This document shows, in pieces, positions 53,013 through 64,000 of a stretch of DNA of 64,000 bases (position 1 is its first letter; the number at the start of each line of letters is the position of its first letter). Made by a program: the position numbers and the translations under genes. The notes beneath the pieces are model-generated. The model was given only the letters and a program-made list of their open reading frames with translations, was not told the origin of the DNA and did no database searches. This DNA comes from the human T2T-CHM13v2.0 reference genome, Homo sapiens: assembly GCF_009914755.1 (NCBI RefSeq), contig NC_060935.1. The stretch is one strand, 5' to 3'.

Positions 53013-53957
53013 CTGGTCAGAGTATTTCCTCCTGTCTTTCCATCATCCACTTCCTATGAGCTGTTCAGAAGCAGCTCTCTGCAGCCCCAACACCCACCTA
53101 CCTGCAGGCCCCCCTCTCTCTGCTGGCTCCCGGAACAAGGCTCTGATTGGGATGGCAGAGGAAAGAGAAACGGGACCAGCAGCGCTACTCAGGCCTCGAA
53201 ACTCCACACTCACTACCGTTTCCGCGCCACCCTCTCACGCGGAGCTCCTGGAAGGGTCCAGCGCTCCCTCTGCAAGGCACCGTCGGTCTACACCGCTCGA
53301 TTGGCCTTTTATGGCACTGACTGTTCTTTGAAGCTTTTGCAGCTCCTTCTAACCCGATTTCACCGTGTTGGAAATGTTGGGGGTGGGGCGTAAAGGGGGC
53401 CATCCCGTCCACAGAAAGAGTCGCTTGCAGAAATGATTTTAAAACTCCCGGGTGCCAGGACGTGAGGAGAATCCGGCAGGGAGGGACGGGAGAATTTCCA
53501 AAGGTGCCGCTCAGTGGGAAAATCCCTTTGTCAGAGAGTGGCCCGAGGGGCGCGGAATGCAGCCGCGCCCACCCCGCCCCGCGTCACCGCGTCTTCCGGA
53601 AGCTCCACGCCCCTGGGTACTTGGTTTCCTCGCATGGTTCCGGAAGAGCGCGGCGCAGCTGGCTGTGAGCGCAGGGCTATCCCGGCGGCCGCTTCGGCAG
53701 CCAGGGCGGCGCGGAGGGGCAGGGCCAGAGGGAAGCGCTTTGTTCCGCGCGTGGTTCCCGCGCCTGGGGGTGCGCGGGAGAGGCGCGAATCCGAGTGCCG
53801 CGCGCGGCCCGGGGACTTGCACGGGCGTGCGGGGTGGAACCGCAGGAAGCGGAGCTCTCGGGTTCCCGCCCCGCCCCGCCGGCGGCGGAGGCAGCGAGCG
53901 CGAGAGCCCAGCGGAGTCGCTGGGAGCCTGAGGCACCGAGACACAAAGGCAGGCGGG

Positions 53958-54014
53958 ATGCGGGAGCAGGCAAAGGGAAAGCGAAAGCCGCGCGCCCGGC
54001 CGGTGACTGGGTGA
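53958..54014 (+). other. Upstream ORF in the PANX1 5' leader (18 aa)
   Basis: gggATGc...TGA; MREQAKGKRKPRARPVTG*; same frame as the PANX1 ATG. Confidence 0.6.
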
Positions 54015-54083
54015 AGGCGCCGCGCAGCTTTCCCGACGCCGGCTGTACCCGGACCTCCTGGTCGAGCCTGGCGCGCCGCAGCC

Positions 54084-54264
54084 ATGGCCATCGCTCACCT
54101 GGCCACGGAGTACGTGTTCTCGGATTTCTTGCTGAAGGAGCCCACGGAGCCCAAGTTCAAGGGGCTGCGACTGGAGCTGGCTGTGGACAAGATGGTCACG
54201 TGCATTGCGGTGGGGCTGCCCCTGCTGCTCATCTCGCTGGCCTTCGCGCAGGAGATCTCGATTG
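54084..54264 (+). CDS. PANX1: PANX1 (pannexin-1) coding exon 1
   Basis: Kozak gccATGg; [61 protein letters not shown] (N-terminus + TM1); donor TTG|gtaagc after 181 nt. No further PANX1 exon recognised before 64000. Confidence 0.97.
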
Positions 54265-57200
54265 GTAAGCCTCGCCCAGGACGGAGGGGAGTGGCCGCCC
54301 CGGTCTGGCCCGGTGAGCTGCGATTTTACGGCTCACAGGCCCGAGTCTGGGTACGCCCAGCTGTGATGGTCGTGAGCGTCAGGAAGGGCAGTGGCCCCAG
54401 TTTTATGGTCCAAAGCGTTCTTTGCCCAGGTGTTTCATTGGTACCCTGGTCTACTCTGCTCGCATCCCTACTCCTCAGTTCTTTTGTTCCTCATGCCCCT
54501 CTGATCGGACTGTGGCTTATAGTTTATGTTCCACCCTTAGAACTGGCACCTTGCCACCAGATTTGCCAAGAATAGCTGTGTCCCCGTTTTTCACCCCTGT
54601 CTCCTACATATTTGTCCAGCCGCCTAAAATTTTACACCAGAGAAGTTCCTGAGTGGCTACATGGAGGATGTGAAGACCGGTGCTCCATGAGAAGTGTGTT
54701 CTTTCAGTGTCTTACATATAATTGGTATTTGCTGAGATCTTAGCTCTCTAGGGTTGTGAATGATAGGAAATATCTGCACTTGGCAGGCATTAGAGGGATC
54801 CTCAACTTGGACGGTCTTACAAATGTGAGATGAACAAGTCCCCTTCCTGTAAATTATCATTTGAGCTTCATAACAGTTGTGTGAGATTGGAAAGTCTGGT
54901 GGTTTGGGCAGGATCACGTGGCTACGTGCCTTACCTTCCTCATCAGCTGTTCTGACTCTCCACACAGGAGAGAGTGTTTATGAACCAACAGGAAGGTAGC
55001 GCAGGAGGGTTAAATACAGTTCTGTGGCAGGGGAAGAGAGAGGACCCAGTGCGGCTGGACTTTGGGAAAACTTTTGTCAGAGGGTGGGTGGGATTTGGAC
55101 AAGAAGGAGTAAGACCTTTGTTAAGGTTTTGAGATGGCAGAGAATGTTATATGTTCCTGGAAAGAGAGACACAGTGACTCTCCTAGCCAAGGCAGGAGGA
55201 TAAGTCAGAGTTCCTGGAGTCTGAGAGTGAATATGGGCCTGGGTCAGCCTGGAACAGAAGAGTGTAGGCTGATGGTTTCAGAACTGTGAAGTTATTGTTT
55301 GAGCAGAGGACAGACTGGTTGAAAACAGCACTAAGTAAATACTAACCTGATGGTGGCATTTAGGGTCTGGGAAGAAGGTGAGAGGATGGGGCCTGGAGGG
55401 CTGGGTGCCAGAGAGCAAGGCATCGGCTGAGGTCTTGTGCACAGAGGGTGTGAAGAGTGGAAGAAAATGGGTGGGTGATTGCTGTGCGATCAAGGAGTAA
55501 ATAAGCAGCACTTGAGTACCTAGTATTTAATAGGCCATGAACGGCAGTACTGGTCAAACGTGCTGCGGAGGTTGTATGTCTGGGTGAGTGGAGTGTGGTG
55601 TTGGTGGTGATGGGAATTGTGAAGTTGAGGGAATAGTTGATTAGGAAAGAATGACTATGAGTGTGATTTTGCAATCTGCAGCACTAAGTTGTTCAGCTTG
55701 GCAGGAAGTTGCCAAATTCATTGTGGAAAATAGTTTTTAGTTTTCCTGCTCTTTGCGCAGGCATAGTCATCGGGATGTTCTTTAAGTTTCCATTTGACAG
55801 TGGATTGAGGCTTCCAGCTGAAAGCAAAACCACCAAGTAGCATGAGTCCTGGAGATAATCTCTCCCTTTGGTCAATTCCTCCTTCAGTACTGGCTGTGTG
55901 CTGAACTCGGTGCTGACCTCCAAGGACCCGGGAGTAAAAGAGGCATGATTCCTGTCTTGGAGGTGCAAGTCTTGGGTACCTGGTTGGGACAGAAAGGCAG
56001 GAGGAAGGAGTTAGTCACCCTCTGTGACCAATCTCCACCTCTAGCACATGTACTAGAGGGACTCCTAAGGCACCTGTACCTGTAATGCCTTAGATACGTC
56101 TAAATTGGTGGGCTGTCTGAGAGGTATTTTTGGGGTATTGGGAGTGGTTTTAACTAGCAAGAGTTTGAGCTCATGCTGTGTGCATAGCACTGTTGTGTGC
56201 TGAGGGAGATGGGAAAGGATTTTGAGACCTTGTTCTTGCCCTGCCCTCTCCCTGCCCTGTGGCAGTTTACTATGCAGTTGGGCACTAGAAGGTATCTGTT
56301 AGCAGGTAAGTCATTCAGCTGTGTGTAATTCAGCACCCAGCCAGGTGTTGAGCTATGAGCTCCAGGCGGGTGAAGGTTGGCAGGCACTTGGGTGAGGAGC
56401 TGTCAAGCAGACTCCCATGTTTTCTGAAGTGTTTTCAGGAGTTCCAGGGGAGGACAGACATGTGGGATGAAGCTAACAGGACCAGGGAAGACCTATTAGA
56501 TTAGGTATACATTTAGATAAAACCAGAAGAAGGGCTTTTGAGAAGAGGGGAGAGGTACATAGATTAATACATGGAGTTGGTACAGTGGGAGGGATCATGT
56601 CATGCAGCATTTAATTTTGTGTAGTTAGTAGTATGCACTCAGCCAAAAACAAACCAAAAAAAAGAACAGCAATAAAGGGAGAATGAAGTAATTGAAATGG
56701 AGCTGGCACTTTGCCCACCATATTGGCCAGTGAACTCAGGCCCCGGGAAGACACTGAGATAAGGCCTGCAGACTTAAAACATGGCTTCATCCTTCCTCTG
56801 TTGATAATTACTGCTTCCCTCTCTGGTGCTTGGAATACTCTTTTGTTGAACTTAACACAGAGCTTTATAACCTGTCTATGCATGTTTTGCATGGAGATTG
56901 AAACTACTCTGTAAACATTTGTTGTGAATTAAAGGTGATAGCTTTTGGCATCATCAGACCTTGCTAATTGATTGTTATGTGCATGATGCTGTACCTTGGC
57001 AATGGGGTGTCAGACACACGTAGGACATAAGAATCTTTCCTCTGGAAGCACGGTCTAGTAGAGAAGTTGAACGCATAACCCTCCTAATGCAGGATTCATG
57101 GAACCTGGGCAGTGTCAGAAGTGTGTACTAAAGCCTGATGCTGTGGAAAGGCAGAAGGAGGGGTTTCTTCTGACTCATGAACAGTGAGAGTTTCAAGTCA

Positions 57201-59251
57201 GAGTTGGCCCCTGAGGCAGGATTCCAAGTGTGTGGAGCAGTGTTGGCTGAAGCTGAGACGTGTGAGACAACATGTGGCTTCTGGAGCTTTAGTGGCACCG
57301 TCACATGGAGAGGTGGGAGCCAAAGTAAGGGTCCAGGGGCTCCACATGAAAGAAGGCATAGCAAATCCCATTGTTTTCCTGTTTGTGTTGGGGGGGTGGT
57401 GTGTGTGTGTATAAAATTAGAAACGAGAAAATCAGCTGTAATTACATGTTTTTCCTTTTTCCACCTGTATGATAAACTAGTATATATAAGAATTCATCTC
57501 TTTTGATATAAAATCCCCTCAAGCGTAAAATAAATTATATTTTCCAGTTACTTTCCAAAAATTAAATTTTCTGTCAACTGTTGTTTGATAAAATAGGGTT
57601 CAAGTTGAAACTTTGTGGCGATTTTTCCTTTAAATAAATGATTTTTTACTTTAAAGAAAATCTATTAAATCAAGAAATGTGCATGGATTGTGCTTTAGAT
57701 TTAAGAGCAGGTTCTCTGTGGGGGTGGGAGTGTTGTAGGTTAGAGAGAGGGAATGTCCTCATATGATAAAATACTTGGCTTCATATTAAAGGCTTCCGTT
57801 TGGTCTTTGGCCTTTTCTCTTAGTAGTTCAGCCCACTGGGCTCCTCTCAGAAAAGAGGGACTGAGCCTGCCTGGGCCACAGAGACCCATGGGCATAGCAG
57901 CAGGCTGATCTTTATCAAGCCCTGCTGGGTGCCAGCATGGTGGCTGCAGGTGAAGCGTCCACTCCTCAGAGGTTCTGGCCCCTTCCCTCCCACAGCAGTT
58001 CACGCAGGTCCTGCATGGTAGGCACTGGTGTGGGGCTACCTGGGCTGGTGGGGACTGTGTTGGGGACAGAGAGCAGAAGGGACTCTGCCTTGCTCATTCA
58101 CCAGATCTTGGTCTGGCTGCCCACAATCACAGGTTGAGGGTCACTGCAGAAGTGATGTGGTCTGGAGGGGCATGGCAAGGCTGGTGCCATGGTCAAGGTG
58201 GAGGCAACTTTGGTAGTCTTTGCGGCAGCCACTCATTGGTCCAGATGTGCCCTGTGATAGTGAGAATTACAAGCAGAAACCCTCCTGAGGGAGTGGCAAG
58301 GAGACTCTTCTGAGTTGTGCCTGGGAGCATTTTGAAGGCTTTTGGACAGTGAGATACTAAGGATTGAATGTAAGAACTAAAATGTGCACCTGTCTGGTTA
58401 GGCCTGATACTTCTAGTCAGCCTTTCTAAAATACTGCAGGTGTGCCTCCTCTGAGATTCAGCTGGGTAGGGGGAAAATAAGTGACACACAGCAAAAGACA
58501 GTTTAATTGTGAGTTTGGGCTAGAAAGGCTGTGTGGTGGGAGCCAGAGAAGGGAGAATCAGTGGTTTCACCAGCCCTCATTTTTCCTTCCTCTTGTCTTC
58601 TACCATGTCTTGCCCTCAACAAGTGCTCCATAGGAATTTAGTGAAGGAAGTGCCAGAGCACACTAGGCAACTCTCCCAGAGTGGCTGTGCTGAGGGAATG
58701 GACGGAGTGTTCTGGATAAGGGTCCCAGTTGCTTGGAAGTGCGCCCTCTGAGTGCCATTTAATGATACAAGTGCTGTCCTGGGTCAGGCCTGTCCTGGCC
58801 ACCTCCCAGACACCTGCCTCTGATGATAGCAGTAAAGGATGCACATCGTCATGATAGGTAAGTTGTCCCACTTGATTTATAAGCTCAGGTTATATTGCGT
58901 GTGCCTCAGATTCTTTTTTATGTTATTTTTGTGATGAGGAAGAATCTGTGTTCAGAGTGCAGAATGGTGTACTGTGGAAGAAGGATGAGTGTGATCTGTG
59001 TGGCTTGGGTACCCTATGGGTGTCACCTTGTGCAAGCTGCTGGGAGACAGTGCCTTGAGGCCCTTCATTTCTAACACATCTACTCTCAGATGCCTCTAGA
59101 AGTGCTGCACATTTCATTGATGGGGGGAGAGGTTTAGGAAATGGCTGGGCGACAGCTTTGTGTAGAATATAAGCATGATTGCATGACGTGACCTTCAAGC
59201 TCTGAAATTCTAGAAGTATTTCTCTAAAGTTATGAATTCCCTTAGTGTGCT

Positions 59252-59728
59252 GCAGTTATGGACTGAATGTTTGTGTCTCCCAACCGCAAAATTCATATGT
59301 CGAAGTCCTGATCCCCAATGTGATGCTAATTGGAGATCCCTTTGGGAGGTAATTAGGTTTGGATGAGATTATGAGAGTGGGACCTTCATGATGGGATGCC
59401 CTTAGAAAAAGAAGAAATCCCTCTTTCTCTCCCCCCTCCCTCTTCCTCTCCCCCCTCCCTCTTCCTCCTTCTCTCCCTCTTTCCCTCTCTCTCCCACTAC
59501 CCCCCTTCCTCTCTTCTTCCCTCTTCCTCTCTCCACAAGTGCGGCCACAAGGAAAGGTGTGTGAGCACGCTGGGAGAAGGGGGCCATCTGCAAACTAGGA
59601 AAAGAGCTCTCACCAGACACCGAATCTGCTGGTACCTTGATCTTGAACTTCCCAGGCTGTGAGAAAATAACTGTTGTTTAAGCCACCCAGTCTGTGGGAT
59701 TTTCTTACAGCAGCCTGGTTGAAGACAA
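59252..59728 (+). mobile_element. MLT1A-like MaLR LTR with internal polypyrimidine expansion
   Basis: tatggactgaatgtttgtgtc, aaattcatatgtcgaagtcct, ctcaccagacaccgaatctgctgg; CT-rich tract at 59418-59534. Confidence 0.8.
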
Positions 59729-61293
59729 AACTATCAACAGACCAGACTCTGAATGGGATTCATGTTTAAGGGGTCTTTTGACAGGGCCTCCTGTGCCCTG
59801 CGCTTAGGGCTGTACAAGGCCTGAGGCGTCAGGGGCTGCTTTGATTCCCTGGTGCCTCATGTGGCACATATCCCCTGGGAAGGAGAGCCCGTGTCTCCTG
59901 CCAGGATGTTTCTGGCTGGCTGGACCAGGTGGGGAGCTGGGGCAGCCAGTAGTCTACTAGGGAAAGGGTGTCTGGTCAGCCGGGGACCCTGCCTCCCTCA
60001 CCCACTGACCTCTTAGTGGGCAGCCACCGTTCTGGGTAGAGAAGGACTTAGTCTTTCTGAGTTAGCACTGCTCTTTTGCTATCATTACAGGGCAGGCATT
60101 GGGCCAGCCCCAGTGAGTCAAAGGATAGATATAACTGCAGCTGCTTCCAATATAGTTTGCTTGGAGTTCCCCTTTCATTTCCTGCAACTGAGTCAGCGGC
60201 TGGGTGGCTTAAGTTATCTGCTCTGTTGTGGCTGAATTTAGACCTGTCTTTGGGAATATCTTCAGGCTGCTTTTTAGCATGTACCAGCTGGCAAAGCAGA
60301 TCGATTCTTTTCAGGGTTGTCTATCAGAGTGGGCCAATATTTAGGGTCTCATGGCATAGGTCCTATAATAGAACATCTTCAACTCACACTAAACCAAAGA
60401 GCCAAGAGAGACTCCTAACCCCTCCAGAAGGATGCATGCTGTCCAGAGAGTCTACTGTTGGATACATGTTTTACTTTGTTAATATTTTTCTTGTACAAGT
60501 AGTAGCTAAATACATCATCATGGTAAAGGATTCATAAATCTCTTTCACTATGTGCTGAAGGTAGGTGGACACTTTGTGCAGCCTTATTGCTGTACTTTGT
60601 CTGCATTAGCATAACGTGTACACCTTATTTTATTTTTTAAAACAAATCGAGTCATACCATAGTGGCTTGCTTTTTCTCACTTAGTATGTTTGGAGAGCTT
60701 TCCGTGCCAGTACATAGGTGTCACCTCACTGTTTTATAATAGAACAGTATTCCATAGCTTAGAATATACTTACAATTCATCTAAGCAGTCCCCTAATGAT
60801 GGACATTTACTTTCTTTCAAAATTTCTACTCACACATAAAGCTTGTTTGCATGAAAATCTTCGTAAATATTTCTCTCCTCCCAGCATTAAAAGGAAAGGA
60901 GACTAGTCGCAGCAGTATCAGTTTCCAGAAGGATGACATCATTTTCCGAATAGTTTTGCATTCCTGCGTTCCTATTTGAAATAAGTGGAAGAAAAAAAAA
61001 AACCACTGCCCTGTACACTATCCAGCTCTGACTCCCTCAAAATGTGACTGCATTAGAAGTTTGGAAGAAGCATTTTGATGTGCTCTTGGTTTTAAGAAAG
61101 AAAGGGCCTCCTTCAGGGGGTAGAATTGCAACTTTAAGTAGAACTTCATGATACATGTTCTCCTAACACTGTAAGTTTCCTTCCTAACATTTACCATAAC
61201 TTGAAGTTAGGTAATTACTTGCATACTTATCTGTTGAATACTGTAAGTTCATTTAGGGCAGGGACCATGTGTCCTTAAAACTTGATACATATC

Positions 61294-61827
<534 letters not shown>

Positions 61828-61829
61828 TA

Positions 61830-62136
<307 letters not shown>

Positions 62137-62687
62137 TTAGGACCTTCATGGACTCTAGGTTTGGATTAGCAACATCCCTTTAAAAAACCATGCAAACACC
62201 TTTTTTCTGCAGCTGGTTGCTTTCTTGGATTGCTTCCTTGTCAAACCCCTAACTGAGGCAGCGAGAGCTTGGTCCAAAGTGGAGAAAGGGAGGCAATTTG
62301 GGGGCATTTGCCCTGGCTAAGCTAGGAACTCTGGGCCAGGCAGGCCCCGCTGCATGCTGTGGGGTTTCTGGGGGCAGCAGGGAGACATTAGTTACTTGGG
62401 GAGAAGGGGGCCTAAAGAGAATCTACCATCTGCTTGGTACCAGGCACACCTAGTTCTGTGGGGGGTGAAAGGGGTGGTGGGGAGGGGACGCTGTTGTTTT
62501 TTAATAAATTCTCTATAAAGCTCACACTCCTTTTTAAAATATAAATATTTATATATGTATATTATATCATTATAAAGATAAAACTTACTGTAGAAAATAT
62601 GGAAAATACAGAAGAGAAAATAGCAGTACATCTATAATACTACCAGGGATAACTACTATTCTATCTTGGTCTGTTTTCCCCCAGGAT

Positions 62688-62689
<2 letters not shown>

Positions 62690-62732
<43 letters not shown>
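62690..62732. repeat. (AT)21 microsatellite
   Basis: Pure run. Confidence 0.95.
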
Positions 62733-62735
<3 letters not shown>

Positions 62736-63382
62736 TAACTTTTAAAAAGTTTTGAAAAACCAAACACTAAGTCAAGGCCATGTTACCATGTTCCTAAATT
62801 GTTGTACATGATTTTTTTTGTTGGCAGTGACATGGAATGTTGTGCACGTGTCAAAATTTAACTGTTTCACAAGTTTTGTAATATAAATAGCATTGTGAAG
62901 AACACTCCTGTACATAATAAACCACCTCTCTAAAGATCTCAGTATTTCAAGTGATTGTATAATTCTAATTACAAGGTCAAAGTATACATAGACATTTTTA
63001 AGATTTGACTGGTGTGGTTGGGTTGCCCTCTGGATAGACCCCCAATGGATACTTCTCCCCGCAGCTGAAGGAGTGGCTTTCCCCACAGCTGGCAAAAGTT
63101 AGTGGATTATCGTCCACAGCTTAATAGGTGAACAAAGGTGTGCCATTGTTTTAAGTCGCATTTATTCAGTTACGGCATTGAATGTTTTTTCGTATGTATT
63201 TTTTCCATTTATATAATTCTGTGAATTGTCTGTTCTTATCTTTTGCTTATTTTTCCAAGGGGATGTTGGTTTCTCAATGGGTTTTATTAACTATTTCTAT
63301 GTTTCAAATATTTTCTAGCTAGCCTTTATTGTATTTTCTTTTCCGGTTGTCCGTTTCCTTTGAATTCTGTTTATGTTAAGCA

Positions 63383-63690
63383 TTTTTGTTTTTTAATTTT
63401 TAATTTTTGTTGGTATGTAAAGGTATATATTCATGGGGTATGTGAGATATTTTGACACAGGCATACAATGTGTAATAATCACATCAGGAGAAATTGGGTA
63501 TCCATCTCCTCAAGTATTTATCCTTCGTTACAAACAATCCAGTTGTACTCTTTCAGTTATCTTAAAATGTAAAATTAAATTATTATTGACTACAGTCACT
63601 CTATTGTGCCATCAAATACTGGATCTTATTCATTCTATTTTTATGCCCATTAACCATCCCCATTTCCCCTGACAGCCATCCCTCAGTAAC
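63383..63690 (-). mobile_element. L1MA-type 3' end fragment
   Basis: Same family signature as 2120-2340 (caggcatacaatgtgtaataatcacatca, tcctcaagtatttatcc). Confidence 0.8.
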
Positions 63691-64000
63691 CTTTACAGTA
63701 TAAGTTTTGATAAGCAGAAGTTATTTTAAGTCATCAAAACTACCCATCTTTTAATTATTTCTTCAGTTGCATTATGATTAGACTGTCATAGCCCATCCTT
63801 AGGTCTATCAGTTTTTTAAAATGATCTTTAATGATTTTATTTGAACATTTACCTCTACAGTCTGTTTTGTTCTTTTGGTGCTATAAGTCAAGACTCTAGC
63901 TGATAATCCCCCCATTGTCATTTATTGAGGAACCCGTTCGTTATTCATTGATCCTTGATGATTTCCCAATCATATAGTCAACTCAAGTAAGTGAGCCTAT

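Larger units (their letters stand above)
53150..54420. promoter_or_regulatory. PANX1: PANX1 CpG island / TATA-less promoter
   Basis: Very high GC and CpG density; GC boxes at ~53572 and ~53866-53880, CRE half-site cgtca at ~53582, palindromic ETS-type ttccggaa at ~53594 and ~53638. Confidence 0.88.

Noticed and set aside
53452-54268. Several long overlapping ORFs (157-195 aa) on both strands near the PANX1 promoter
   Set aside because: Stop-poor frames are expected in a GC-rich CpG island; low-complexity R/G/P/A content and no recognisable domain. Only the in-frame uORF was kept.
54265-54575. ORF track extends PANX1 to 163 aa
   Set aside because: Read-through past a strong donor (TTG|gtaagc); pannexin similarity ends at the exon boundary.

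Overview
Eukaryotic (human) genomic DNA, recognisable as the 11q21 HEPHL1-PANX1 region, both genes on the + strand. Bases 1-~38.5 kb hold the last 12 coding exons of HEPHL1 (hephaestin-like 1/zyklopen, a membrane multicopper ferroxidase). They splice with consistent GT-AG phases into one intact frame ending in a TM helix and short tail. A ~15 kb intergenic region follows, dominated by a 7.6 kb HERV9/LTR12 provirus that lacks integrase. After it come a second solo LTR, the PANX1 CpG-island promoter, PANX1 coding exon 1 (His5 allele) and ~10 kb of intron 1. Introns carry a full-length antisense L1PA, Alus, MADE1, MER82, MER44, MaLR/ERVL LTRs, L2/MIR relics and long (AT)n tracts. The most unusual signal is a ~45-70 bp sequence present three times within 2.5 kb (40381, 41979, inverted at 42821-42890), each copy inside a different unrelated transposon. 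Other leads are NMD-escaping routes to a soluble HEPHL1, an L1 antisense promoter aimed at HEPHL1 exon 14, an expanded CCAAT array in the LTR facing PANX1, and an in-frame PANX1 uORF. Repeat subfamily names and exon numbers come from recognition by eye, not from database searches. Most entries in the ORF track are spurious.
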